DNA of 64,000 bases from Rhynchobatus australiae (taxonomy: Eukaryota), in contig JAUZTB010000064.1 of NCBI GenBank assembly GCA_034780895.1, forward strand, positions 64,355,405-64,419,404, written 5' to 3'. The translations under genes and the position numbers were made by a program. Below the pieces are notes generated by a model. The model was not told the origin of the DNA and made no database searches. It saw only the letters and a list, made by a program, of their open reading frames with translations. How positions within the stretch are numbered: the first letter of the stretch is position 1; each line of letters starts with the position of its first letter. Positions 1 to 13,015 of this stretch are shown one piece after another.

Positions 1-197
1 TTCCCGCCGCTGCCTGTAAGGAGTTTGTACGTTCTCCCGTGTCTGCGTGGGTTTCCTCTGGGTGCTCTGGTTTCCTCTTGCATTCTAAAGACATATGGGT
101 AGGTTAATTTGGGGTTTAGAATGGGCGGCGTGGACTCGTTGGGCCAGTAGGGCCTGTTACCGCGCTGTAAATAAAATTTTTAAAAAATTTAAAAAAA
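1..197 (+). mobile_element. V-SINE (HE1-like), cut by the window edge
   Basis: V-domain-like text GAGTTTGTACGTTCTCCCGTGTCTGCGTGGGTTTCCTCTGGGTGCTCTGGTTTCCTC followed by an A/T-rich tail. Confidence 0.8.
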
Positions 198-626
198 GTT
201 CTCCTCTCATCCAGAGCTGGTGTCAGGCTGGCCAGTGCTATCCAAGGATTCAAAGCTAGTAGGATGTCTTCAGTACATGTGTGACTAACGACCTAATGCC
301 ACTAAATAATAGCACCAAGAATGAACAGGAAAGATGAGGTAGCCAAGGATGGATTCTTTGGGCATACCAGATAGCTATTTTGTGATTAGTTTTTCATTTC
401 AATGTGCATAAACTCTTTTACTACAACACACTCTATGCCATATGCTTCAGTAGATTTTTCTGGAATCCTGAAAAGGCATATCTGTGTTCAATAAATAATG
501 CAACTTTAAAGTTTCTCACATTCACTTTGTCATATTTACTGCCAGTTTACAGTAGTACAAATGTACCTACTCAAACATAAAAGACAAATCAGGAAAAGAA
601 GTCAGTACATTTATTGGATCACTAAC

Positions 627-804
627 CACTTTTTTCTGTCCATCATATTGGACTGATGTGCCCAGCTTCTATCCAGAGACCCAGTCTTCATTTCATTCTT
701 CATTTCATCTTGAACACCGGGTAGTTGGTTTCTCTGAAGGTCAAGGAATAGAGGAAGTTCTTGTGCATTCTGAGATCTGTCTGAAAAAACTGGGGAACCT
801 GCAG
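627..804 (-). CDS. LIMCH1: LIMCH1 exon U (AAGSPVFSDRSQNAQ...KTGSLDRSWAHQSNMMDRKK), preceding the LIM-domain exons
   Basis: Resembles recalled '[21 protein letters not shown]'. Acceptor TTCATTTCAG|. Tandem donors GTG/GTTAGT (exon ends at 630 or 627). Confidence 0.85.
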
Positions 805-2592
805 CTGAAATGAACACAAAATGCAGGTTTTAGTATATGACAAGAGAGATCTATGAATTAGTCGGCATGTTAACGTTCCTATTCTGAAGAAGCAAAGTTA
901 TTTAATCTCAATTAAATGAAACAAAAAACACTACATTATCGTATTTATAAGTAGAGCAGTTTTATTTAAACAACCATTTTCAGGACTGGGTGTTCTTTTG
1001 CAGTACTGCAGCATTGTCAAAAACTTAAATGCAGCTCTCTCATGAATACATTAGAGTATTGGACAATCAACTCAAAAGACTGGCAGTTCAAGTTTCACCA
1101 TGGCATATAGTGAAAATGTGCAGATTTATGAACTGGTTCCATACTTTATGCTTAAATGTCAACGTACGCTTAAGTGGCCTGACAAGATTGAAAACAATAA
1201 GATTAGGAAATTATCAGATCAGGGTTAAATTCTGTCCTCATCAATCTTATAAAATTCTCTTCACTATATCTTGTTCAGTGAAGTAGGTTTTTTTATACAG
1301 CATCTCAGAGCTGGTGAAATCAGGAGATGGAGAAGGTTAAAGGGCTGAAGGAATGCAGTTGACTGAGAAAGATAAATTATCACAGCCTTTTAAGTCTGAA
1401 GATATGGGGTCTTTCAATAATAAATGGAAAAGCATAGATTTAGATGTCATACCNNNNNNNNNNNNNNNNNNNNNNNNNNNNNNNNNNNNNNNNNNNNNNN
1501 NNNNNNNNNNNNNNNNNNNNNNNNNNNNNNNNNNNNNNNNNNNNNNNNNNNNNNNNNNNNNNNNNNNNNNNNNNNNNNNNNNNNNNNNNNNNNNNNNNNN
1601 NNNNNNNNNNNNNNNNNNNNNNNNNNNNNNNNNNNNNNNNNNNNNNNNNNNNNNNNNNNNNNNNNNNNNNNNNNNNNNNNNNNNNNNNNNNNNNTTAATT
1701 CTTGTCAGTTTTTATAGAGCAAAATTCTCAACCTCAGTTTGGGAAGAAGAAATAAATAGTGTGATTCTTGGCCTTAAAGAGATGGGAAGTAAATCCACTT
1801 TGCTCTTTCATTCCTCCTAGTGGCAGGCTTAAGAAGAACATGAGAGACTCCGAGCAGATTTGCTGTAAATTCAATGGAACCAAATTTTGGCATTAGAATA
1901 TGATACTCTGTCATGTGTTTAGTGCATGTAATTAGAAGCAAGTTTATCCTCCCAATTTCTTAACTAAAACCTTTGAAATAATGAAAATACCTAATTGGCT
2001 CAATTTTTCAGTTCCAATGTATATATTTTTTAAAAATTGCAAACATTTTTGCAACATACAACTCCCAAAGCAAAATAAGCTTCTCACAGATAAATAAATT
2101 CCATTCTCATAGACATTATCAATTTCATTGGCACAAATGCATTTCTAAAATGCATTTCAAAATGTGAACCAAGATTACTAACTTTTATCATGCCTCAAGA
2201 TGAGAGTTTTTATTTTATATGCTGTTGATAAACAAATAATAATAAGCTTTGAGATTCAGACTACCAGTAATTACATCTAACTATATCCTTTATCTATATC
2301 TTTTATTCTATNNNNNNNNNNNNNNNNNNNNNNNNNNNNNNNNNNNNNNNNNNNNNNNNNNNNNNNNNNNNNNNNNNNNNNNNNNNNNNNNNNNNNNNNN
2401 NNNNNNNNNNNTCAGACATTTCTATGTAATTGTGTCAAAAATGCTGTATAGTGTGAATAGTTCTTTGTGCAAATTAGTTTGTCCACATGTTCTTTCACCA
2501 TGCACCACAGATGAAAAAATGAACTGGCAAAAGCAGAAAAGTTAAACAGTAAAAGTTAGTCACACTTTTATAAGCATGTGCACGTATGCACG

Positions 2593-2626
2593 CACACACA
2601 CAAACACACACACACACACACACACA
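2593..2626. repeat. (CA)n microsatellite
   Basis: Read directly from the sequence. Confidence 0.95.
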
Positions 2627-4027
2627 AAGAAAGAATTATACCATAAAAAAACAATCTAAACATATTGGCTCAATGTGTTTGTATAGTCCCATCAGGGTTT
2701 AATTTCCTACTGCTGAACAAAGATAACATATTCACGTAATACCTCTTTGCTACACTAGTTGTTTTTAAAGCCATTAACCTGTTAAGTTAAAAAACACTTG
2801 AAAATCTGATTGTGCATTCCTATACACCCGGGGGGCAGTGGTCTCAGGGACTGTATCCTACCACAGGTTAAATCACAGGTTGTTTGTCCAGAGCAGAATC
2901 ACTTTGAGCAATATTTTCTGCTGGGAAAATGGAATTCATTCTTTTATTTGAAAGTGAACAGTGAAACCATACTGATATTTTACAATAAGCTGTATACATT
3001 GTTTGATAAAGTAGATGCACATGTACTAATGATTGTCAATTAGTTAACAGAAGATTAATATATTTGCATATGGTATCCTTAGTTATTCTACAAGGGTTAT
3101 TTTGAGAACTTGGCCCACAAACGATAGCAATGATGGTTATAAATCAACATGAGCACATTTGAGTTCTGTCCAGATGAGGGTCTATGAACATCAATCATCA
3201 CAGGCAAACTGTAAACCTCCAAAAGACCCAGTTAATTTTCAACTATTTGGCAGAAAGAAAGTGTAATAGAAATGTGTCCTCTAGTCATTGTGCCAAACAT
3301 ATTATGCTGCTTCTCTCCTCCTCTCACCCCACCCCATCTGATAGGGTGACCCAACAAACACCTTGCTACTGTTTTGCAGTCCTTACCCAACAAGTTCTTC
3401 AGCGTCACCAAACTACCTACCCTGTGGACACCATCCCACCTCTTACCAAACTTACTCTCTGACTACCANNNNNNNNNNNNNNNNNNNNNNNNNNNNNNNN
3501 NNNNNCTTCCTTTTCATCCATCAATTGGTTCTGACACCACTGAACATCCCTTTCCTCTCCATACATCCAGGCCACCCTTTGTACCCTGAACCTTAATCTC
3601 CAATGATACCCCATACCCAGCGGCTGATTTACTCAATTTTTCTTCAGGCTCTTTGCCAAAGGAAAATCTTTGAATACGCTAGGTCCTTTCAGTTGTGCAG
3701 ACACTACTGAATGTCTCTGCTTTTCATTAACTGATTAATTGATGCACATTTACCCTTGCTCACCAAGATCTAAGCAGTTTTCCTCAACATTCTATTTTGG
3801 ATTGTGTCCCAAAGACTCTTGAAATATCAAAGGAGGAAATGCCTAAAAATTAAGCACTTAATCTACTAGTGTGCAGTGCACCAATGATTAATGACATCAA
3901 AATTATTAAATGTTATAAAACTTAATATGCCTCTATTAGCATTAACAGGAAATAATCTATACTATAATTACTGTTCAGATCCACAGGTATCAGGGGTTGT
4001 GAAACTTATTATTTCATTCATACATAC

Positions 4028-4254
4028 TTTAGCTCTTCAGATTCCAGTTGTTTGGTGTCCTGCCAGTGCCATTTCTCCAATCTGTTTGTCCCAGCTTCAT
4101 CCCAATTTTCCTCTTGTCTATTCTCATCCTTTGAGCTCCGTTCTTCTGCTTGATTCTGTGTTGATCTCTGGTTTGTTTCCTGATAGTTTTGTTGTTCTTC
4201 AGCTGGTACTCCTCCCTCATCACCTCTCTGACAACTGTCTATTTCTACCATCTG
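4028..4254 (-). CDS. LIMCH1: LIMCH1 exon S (QMVEIDSCQRG...WQDTKQLESEELK), phase 0 to 2; NAGNAG acceptor
   Basis: E/Q-rich open frame with acceptor TAG|CAG| and donor AA|GTATGT. Confidence 0.82.
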
Positions 4255-4839
4255 CTAATTGAACACAAATTGAGATATATTTTAACATTCATTTTTTGAT
4301 GGCTTCTGTTTTGACATAATGTCACACCATATCAAATAGCACTGTTGCTTGTTGATGCTTTCCAAAGAAATGACCATTTGGCGTCACTGGAAGATTTAAA
4401 CTTTCACCCTTGATTGAAAACAAAAACTGAAGATTTTCAGAAATCTGAACCATCGAGCAGAAAATGCTGCAAATGATGAGCAGCTCAGTCAGCACCAATG
4501 AAAGAACAGTCCAGTTAACCTATCAGAACTACCTTCTGCCTTCATCAGAATCCCACTGAATAAAACTGTGCACTCAAACCCTCTGCAAATCCATCATTTG
4601 AGCAGTTTGAGATGAATCACCTCAGTATGCATAGAAGCACTGCTAAAAGACTCAGCCATCCACCAGTGAGTTACTACAACTCTGGCAGATATCAGATTTA
4701 CACATATTAGTGGGGTTGCTGGTGATGAAGCTGATCCTTGTGGCCATCTTAGGTTTCATTATAACTGATTAAGAAAAACAGCAAACACAGAGTAGGATCC
4801 ACTATATAATGGCAACATCATAGATCATCACTCATGTTA

Positions 4840-5202
4840 ATACACCATAGAAAGCATCCTATCTGGATGCATCATGGCTTGGTATGGCAACTGCTCTGCC
4901 CAGGACCACAAGAAACTGCNNNNNNNNNNNNNNNNNNNNNNNNNNNNNNNNNNNNNNNNNNNNNNNNNNNNNNNNNNNNNNNNNNNNNNNNNNNNNNNNN
5001 NNNNNNNNNNNNNNNNNNNTTTCTCTGTAGCTGTGACTCTTTACTCTGTACTGTTATTATTTTTACTTGTACTACTTCCATGCACTCTGTACTAAATCAA
5101 TGTAACTGCACTGTGCAATGAATTGACCTGTATGATCGGTATGCAAGACAAGTTTTTCACTGTACCTTGGTACAATTGACAATAATAAACCAATACCAAT
5201 AT
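4840..5202 (+). mobile_element. Rex1/Babar-type LINE 3' end (gapped)
   Basis: MAWYGNCSAQDHKKL. The tail is the reverse complement of the 45268 copy. Confidence 0.8.
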
Positions 5203-5632
5203 CACAATTGCTTTCCCTAAGGTTATATTTTCTCTCATTGACATGATAAATAGAGTGGGATAATTTCCAGAGTTTGCAAGTTGATGAATACATTTAAAAT
5301 TTGCTGCTGATGTACAATCTCATTTGGTAATCCGGCAGATTAAAGCCAATCTTGGAATTGCCATGTGCTGGAAGAACATTATAGGATGTAAAACAAATTG
5401 TCCCCCTGCCTCTGCAGTTAAAAGTTTTAAAACTACAAGTTAAAAGTTTTAATAACTTGTCTTTAAGATTAAGAGGAAATATTATAAAATATTAATAGAC
5501 AAGTTGCACATACCCCCAAAACAATGTACTCAGGTGACCATAATGGATAGGGAGGTTTTTTTCTGCTGACCGAAACATTGCAAGGATATTTAGAATGATA
5601 TATACAGAACTTAAATATTCCAACAGACTTAC

Positions 5633-5800
5633 ATTTTGCTCCTGCGAGTCCACCTGCTTGATCCCCTCACCCGTGACTTCAGTGGACTCAGAATTCCTAA
5701 TTTCCTCTGTTTTTGAGACGGAGAGCCATTCAGAGGGAAGTTGGACAGGCACTGATCGTGGAGTCAGTGGAGTCACTGTTTCTTGAATGATTTTACGCTC
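5633..5800 (-). CDS. LIMCH1: LIMCH1 exon R (ERKIIQETVTPLTPRS...DSQEQN), phase 0-0
   Basis: Matches recalled 'ERKIIEDTVVP'. Acceptor GCAG|, donor |GTAAGT. Confidence 0.93.
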
Positions 5801-6564
5801 CTGCACATAATTGGAGATGAGTGAAGCACAGTTGCACATATTTCTAGCTGAAGAATTTAACATTCTTCTAACAATTCAATATGATTTTCAGTTCAGACAA
5901 GAACTGCAAAGGTTTTAAAAATAATTAGTTGTAGAAGAACATTCTGTAATATTCATGTACTCTTAGGCTCAGTTGGTATCTGTATTACATTGGTAAATAA
6001 ATTGTCCTCTACAGTACAGACAAAACATTACCACTATTTTTACTTTTTGAATCTGTCATTGGATCCTGAAAACTATCCAAGGAAGCCCATTTTCCCTTTT
6101 CATCTGAAGGTATTACTTATTCTGGGGATTTGTTCACAAGAACTATTTTCCACTACCTTCTTAAAGTGACATTTCTCAGGTGCCACTCCTTATTTTAAAT
6201 GTCAGGATTATTTGCCCACCTTCAAAATGCTAATGCTGTGGGATCCTCTTGAACTCACATTCCTAAAGAGGCCACTGGAGAGTAAAGAAGAACAGGTACC
6301 TTGACATTTTTTCCCCTTCTCTCTAAACCAGTGGGATAGTTTCCTAATGATACTACCCACTCACATGCAATCATTGACTTTAACCTCTACCAACAACAAA
6401 ACATTTGACCCTCTTTGCTCTGTGTCACAACATCCACCCNNNNNNGAAGTACAGGTCATTGATCATATAAGCAACAGAATCACACACAAAAAAACATTTT
6501 TTGCTTAAAATAAAGTGACCTTTAAATTGTCAACTGTATCACAATAATCTGATTTTTCTCTTAC

Positions 6565-6657
6565 CTCTTCATGATACCTACGTTCTTCTTCCTCAACCTC
6601 TCTTTGTGCTTTTTCCCATTCCTGACGTAGTTTCTCATGCTCCCTTCTGTACCTCTC
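6565..6657 (-). CDS. LIMCH1: LIMCH1 exon Q, coiled coil ([31 protein letters not shown])
   Basis: Matches recalled '[31 protein letters not shown]'. Acceptor ACAG|, donor GAG|GTAAGA. Confidence 0.96.
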
Positions 6658-9600
6658 CTGTCAATGAATGAAACACTTGTGTCACTTTGCCAGACAAGCA
6701 AGGAAGTGGTTAACTAGTATTCTCTCCTCTTAAAGGCTCATGATTTTGTCTTTATTGGTAAAAATTAATTATTATTCTCTTTACTGCTTGAAATTAAATT
6801 AATGTAAATCTTATTATCCCAGTAACTACATTAAGCACTTCAGTACAAGCCCAGTTGGACATGATGCTAAATTTATTAAAATATCATTAGCTTAAATGAG
6901 AAGATTTTATTGCTACCACCAAACTTGAAACACATTATATATAAAATATACTTACAAGCTCTAGTCCAGCCTAAAATAAGTCAAATGCCCAGAAAATATT
7001 TCAGATCAACATTCACACAACTTTGTAAATGAAGAGTCAAAAAATATCAGAACAAATGTTAAGAACCCTATGTAAAAGTGCTTATATGACACTTAATCAT
7101 AATGCATTTATCTTCTCACTCATAGCTACACATATATCAGGAATTTAGATCAACTGGTAATGAGCATACCATTCTCATCAAACCACATGCATATCTTAAA
7201 ATCAATACTTAATATCCATTGGCTTAGTAGAGCTTCATGACCACAATCAGCATTATTGATTCGGTAAGTTGAAGTCCTAAATACATGGCTGTTAGTAATC
7301 TGCCTGCCACATACATAAAAGGAATCCATGCCCAAGAACTGTTAGAGAGGAATTATGCAGTGTAGTTTATTTGAATCTGCTCTAGGTGAACACTGATGTC
7401 TTTGGACATGTCTGGTCGGGATTTCCCTACAGTTGCAATAGGGAACTTCCTTTATGTAAAGACAAGTAGGGAAACTCACATTTAACACTTGAAATGCCAA
7501 TCTTATACTGAAAATACTGCATCAAATTTGCACTGGCAATGTCATAAATTCAAGACATAGATTCCATACCAGCTGAATCATATTTGTTTGACTCCTCTAT
7601 TCAGCATAGCAACATGATATTTTAACTTGATAATGCAGTTTCACTTACATAAACTTTAGAGACAGACAAGTGCCTTGGATATCAATGTATGTAATGCTGT
7701 GCTCTGTACCATATCTAATGCAGGTTCTAACCTCTATGAGCAGTTAGATTTAACTGAATTAAAAACTGTATATCCAGGGAACCAGACTGCCTGATTACTG
7801 TTTTATTCCCCTAGAAGCTTTGATGACTTCTACACTGTTAGAGAAAGACATAGTTGAAGTATGCCAATGTCCTTTATACATAAAAATTCAATGGATGAAG
7901 TACCTCACTGCGATAAAATTGGAGATTCTACATTCATAGAGAGAGATGGAGAATTAGCAGATTTTGCAGGCAGCAAAATGGTATTATTTTTTTCTTCCAA
8001 GTTGCTTCAGCCCTCCTAAGGTGAATAACAGCTATCTTCGGTGCATGAGCTGGTCAAAATTCATATGCAAGGCCAAGTCAATAAGCACTGCAGCCAGGTC
8101 TACATCTGTCTTCAGACATTGATGAGTTTCTATACACAAGTACAAACTTTGCTCAACTTGTCCTTCTCCCAGGATGTTTATGATAACTGCAGCACTTCAT
8201 CTCACATCAGCTAATACTGTGCTGTGATCTGTACCATACCTACATTTTAACATTGTTTTAACTTTCATGAGTGGCTAGATTTAATTATATTTAAGATTGT
8301 ATATCCAGGGAACCAGAATGCCTCATTGCTGTTGAGGTTNNNNNNNNNNNNNNNNNNNNNNNNNNNNNNNNNNNNNNNNNNNNNNNNNNNNNNNNNNNNN
8401 NNNNNNNNNNNNNNNNNNNNNNNNNNNNNNNNNNNNNNNNNNNNNNNNNNNNNNNNNNNNNNNNNNNNNNNNNNNNNNNTTTTACCTCATCTCTTAACTG
8501 TCTTTCTTCCAGGGATCCTAAACCTGAGAAGACCGACTTGCAAATTGAACATTTTTAAAAGCCATTTTTGACTTTGAAATAATAGATTCTCATTACTGTC
8601 CTAACAGAGTCAATTGTTAACCTCTTCAGAGCCAACACCTCTCAAACATAATTCCAAATACAGACTGCTGCAAGACACTTTGGGGTTTATATATTCAGGT
8701 GACAAATCGAGCACAGTGATATTTTTAAGTAACTAACCCTCAGGGAATTCACAGCTAAGTCCAGCAAATTATATCCATTTCAAGTTACCATGAGAAGGTG
8801 ATGATGGGCACTTTCTTGAACCACTCAAGATTTTCATTGTATTTTTTTTTATTATGTTGAGCCTGGCTAATTCAAAGGCCAGTTAAGAGATAACTTGCCA
8901 ATTTCATTCAAATTCGGTTTATATAATGACCAATGGATATTTGTAGTACACAGTGACAAAATTTGGATTCAAGCAACTAGGTGAAAGTTTGGAAGGCAGG
9001 GATCAACTGCTCTTAACTAGTTAATTCCATTTTCTCTGCTCTTCCAAGCATTTTCCTTACTGCAATGATCAGTAAAGTTTTAGCACAATAGTTCATGCTG
9101 TTCTTAAGGATGTCACCTTGTCAGTTGAACATTGAGTAATTACTCATTTCATGTAAACTTATGCAAGTCAGTTCATTTACACAACCAATTAAAATAATTC
9201 AGCAAAAGCTCTCTTTTATTGTTGACAACGTCCAGTATCATTACTCCTTGCTGCAGTGAGTTAGTAAGAGCGGCAGCACACAGCTATTTACATAGCAGCT
9301 GTGGATATCATGAAAAGCATGCTTTGTCATCTGGCTGTATGGATTAGATGATTTAATAAATTGCACTGTGCCCAATATCATACTGTCCAGGGCACGTTTT
9401 ATGAAATATTAAACAAAAGTGAACATAACTTGACAGATGAAAACATATTTTTTGTGAAGTGGTCAAAAACTGGGGTCAAGTGTAAAATCACAATTTCCAT
9501 CACCCAATATTGTGCTGGGCAAACACTTGCATATTTTTCCCAGTGAAGCAGTATTACCAGCCACCTTTTAGAAAATTAATTATTCTTTTTAATAGTTTAC

Positions 9601-10479
9601 TTTTACATGCATTTATAAGGACAATTAATCACTGCAGCAGTCAGCAAATTACATTTAACACTAAAGATTTGCACTTATGTGCAAGTATGGATTTGTACTA
9701 ATCAAACATTATTACAGGAGTACAACAGTTTTTAAAATAACAACTAAATCAAATTAAATGTATTAATAAAGGAAAATTACTTTTGTTTTTACATATTGCT
9801 CCTTTTCCCCACTGTACTGAGTTACTAATCACATTTATAGCTAACATTCGCACCTATCTAGGTGACAGACCAGTCCAGCAGACAGTGAAAACTATCATGA
9901 ACAGTTATAAAATATTGAAGTTGTTCAATATTTTCCTTATCTTGTTTCCTTGGCTACTTTTCACTTCTTGATAGAATCCAGTGTATGTGACACTTGATCC
10001 CAAGGGGATCAAAAGTTTGAATACTGGTCAAAACTGACATTCCAATTCAAGTTACCTAGTTAAGTGCAATTTGGCAATATTCCTGGGAAATCTAATCTTA
10101 AAGAGGTCACTGGAGAAGATTAACTGGATCAAGTAAGTTCATGATTACAATTTTAATTCAGCAAAATTTGTACCAATCCTATTTTTGAAAATATATTACA
10201 TTACAGTAATTTGCTCCCTGCTGTAGCAATCCCGAAAGCCTTTTCTGCTTCAGAGTTTCATGCCTCCAATATGCTTAGCAGGCCACTGATGCTCTGCTTT
10301 CCCTTCATTATTGTCTCCTGGTTGGCTAATCAGAACCATCCTTGTGAGAAAGAAAGCATGAAGGATTAGTGCAAAGAGCCTTAATTGAGGGTGGACTGCA
10401 TCTATGCAAGCCTACATGGCAAGCCGCAGCAGAACATGCACTTTGTAGCAGAGGGTCAATGCAAGTTACGTTAATGTAC

Positions 10480-10593
10480 CTGGAGCAAGCGTTCCTGCTC
10501 TTTCTGCCATCTTTCCTGTCGCTTGCGTTCTTCCTCTGGGTCCCAATACCAGCGATCAAAATGCTTAGGGAGATTTAAAGATGCAACTGGGAT
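10480..10593 (-). CDS. LIMCH1: LIMCH1 exon P ([38 protein letters not shown])
   Basis: Matches recalled '[24 protein letters not shown]'. Acceptor GTTAG|, donor CAG|GTACAT. Confidence 0.95.
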
Positions 10594-11239
10594 CTAACAA
10601 TCCACATCAAGAAAGAGTAGTGTGACAGATTGATGTTACTTCATGATTTGAGAAATTTCAATTAAGCTGATGGTTCCAGTTAGTAAGAGTAATAATGACA
10701 GATTTTGAAGAAGGTAAACAGAATTCTAAGGATTCAGTCAGTTCACTTTAAAAATGAGTAGCTTGTTAGATAGGAACGATATTAACAGATGATTATACCA
10801 ATGAAAGATTTTAGCCAATGCACCCATGGTCATTTGCGATTGCTATAGTTTAATCTACCTTGTCATACAATTATCCTTATGGGATGTAGTAAGAAAAGAC
10901 AAAAACAGCTTGAGTGCCTATAATCCATATGTTTTTCTCCAGCTTTTGTCTTTGAACAGTCTGAGAGAAAGGGATAGGGATCAGAGATGTTCCACTTGAA
11001 TGCGCCAGGAGGCAGCAAAGAGCAAAAAACAAAGCTCATTCAATGACTTTCCTTCTACACCTCTGGTGACACAGTTATTCTATGCATGGTGTCACCCCAC
11101 ACTTAGATTAGNNNNNNNNNNNNNNNNNNNNNNNNNNNNNNNNNNNNNNNNNNNNNNNNNNNNNNNNNNNNNNNNNNNNNNNNNNNNNNNNNNNNNNNNN
11201 NNNNNNNNNNNCACCCCACACTTAGATTAGGATTAGATT

Positions 11240-12600
11240 ATATCTGAAAACACATTCTTCATAAAAGCCATTTAGCTCCATACCAGTGCTCCATTCAAAC
11301 CACACATTTTAAATACCTCTTCCCCTTCTATTTGAGAACTTTTCCATTCATCTCTTCCTCATATTAATCTCCATCTAAATGTTTAAACGTTAACTGCTTC
11401 AAACATTCTACATGGCACTAGCTTCCACATCACTAATCCCCATTGATCTCTATGAAGAATTCCTTTAACATTTTTTTACTTAATTTTTTTTGTGGCCATT
11501 TTAATTTTATACCTACTTTTTTTGGCCTTGCTCACATACAAAATCTATTCCTAGATATCGTCCATTCGATCCTTTGCTAATTTGAAAGACCTTCATCAGG
11601 TCTCCTCTGAACTAGAGAAAAGTGCCACAGCATGCTTAATATCTCCTTAATTCAATAACATCCTTATAAATCATTCATGCACTTCGACCAGTGCCTCAAT
11701 ATGTTTTTTTGTGGCATGGAGACTGAAACAGGATTACAAAGGTGGTCCAGCCAAGGTTCTATATAAATTTTACAATGCCTCCTGTTTTCATGCTGTTGTA
11801 CTCCTCTAGAAATGAGCTCAGTTATAGGTTCAAGCTTGATTACCTTATATTGCTGCTTCAATGATTTTTGTGTCTGTATTCTGATATTCCTTTGCTCCAC
11901 TATACCATTTAGGTCCTTGCCTTCAAATGGCCTCCTGATTTCACCTACCAAAATGAATTCTCACACTTCACTATACTGAATTTCATTTGTTTTATACACA
12001 TCCTTAGTGAAGGCCTGCTCTTCCACTATGGTACAGCTTGTCACAATAATAATTATATACCCTGATTTAGTATACTCTAGAAAGTTTGATACCAAATCAC
12101 CAACAAGGAAAAGTCCATATCAAGTAAGTTTTGATAAAGCAGCAATCCAAGCAAGACACCAATTCCTATCTTCTACCCATCTACCATGTGTCTTGTCCTC
12201 TAACCTATTTTCTGCTTTGTAGTCATTCTGCAAACCAATGCACTACCTAAATTCTAACCACTGACCTTCNNNNNNNNNNNNNNNNNNNNNNNNNNNNNNN
12301 NNNNNNNNNNNNNNNNNNNNNNNNNNNNNNNNNNNNNNNNNNNNNNTCTATGTTACCTGTTTCTTCTTGAAAGAATCCAACCAAAGTGCTTGATCACAAA
12401 CTTCTTAAGAATTCCACATTACTTTTAAAATTAATGTTTTTTTTATCTATGGATGCTTTGTTGTTTCACCTTCATGTTTTTGTTCAGTAACTAGTCTATA
12501 ATTCCCTGGAATTATTCCATTTCCATTTTTGAAAACAGTAATCACAGTTGTCATTCACCAGTACTGTTTATCTTTATGCAGTTTTCTTTTCTAATAAATG
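11240..12600 (-). mobile_element. Old CR1 LINE fragment
   Basis: Degenerate RT C-terminal similarity, including the complement of an 'RGDLMKVFQI'-like segment near 11580-11610. Confidence 0.6.
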
Positions 12601-12823
12601 TAATACGATGTCAATCCCTGCTGCTCCGCCTCCTGCATAGTGAAGAATTATTGTTGAGGCTTCAAATACTACTTCACAAAACTAGTGTTAAAAATTTCAG
12701 AATTCAAACATGAAATGACAATATGAATGATTTGTTTGAAAGATAACATTCCCCTGTGTGAAAATGACTTGCCTGAACAATGCACTGTGATTTGGATCTC
12801 ATATATGGGTCCCTTGCTTACCA

Positions 12824-13015
12824 CCTTGTGCCCACCCCGCCTCCCCTCTTTCGTCTACCCGTTTTTGCTCTGTTTCCCCCCCCCACCCCATATATTGGGC
12901 TTCCCCTTTTCCCATCTTCAGTCCTGAAGAAGGGTCCTGACCCAAAACATTGACCATCTGCTTTTCTCCATGGATGCTGCCTGACCTGTTGAGTTCCTCC
13001 AGCATCTTGTTGTTT
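12824..13015 (+). mobile_element. Penelope-like pLTR copy
   Basis: Highly similar to 56375-56560 and contains GTCCTGAAGAAGGGTCCTGACCCAAAACATTGAC. Confidence 0.75.

Noticed and set aside
4224-4254. Early donor AG|GTGATG in exon S as the fix for the S-to-U phase mismatch
   Set aside because: The frame stays open and exon-like for 75 codons to a better donor. A donor at the edge of the 1454-1695 gap explains the mismatch more simply.
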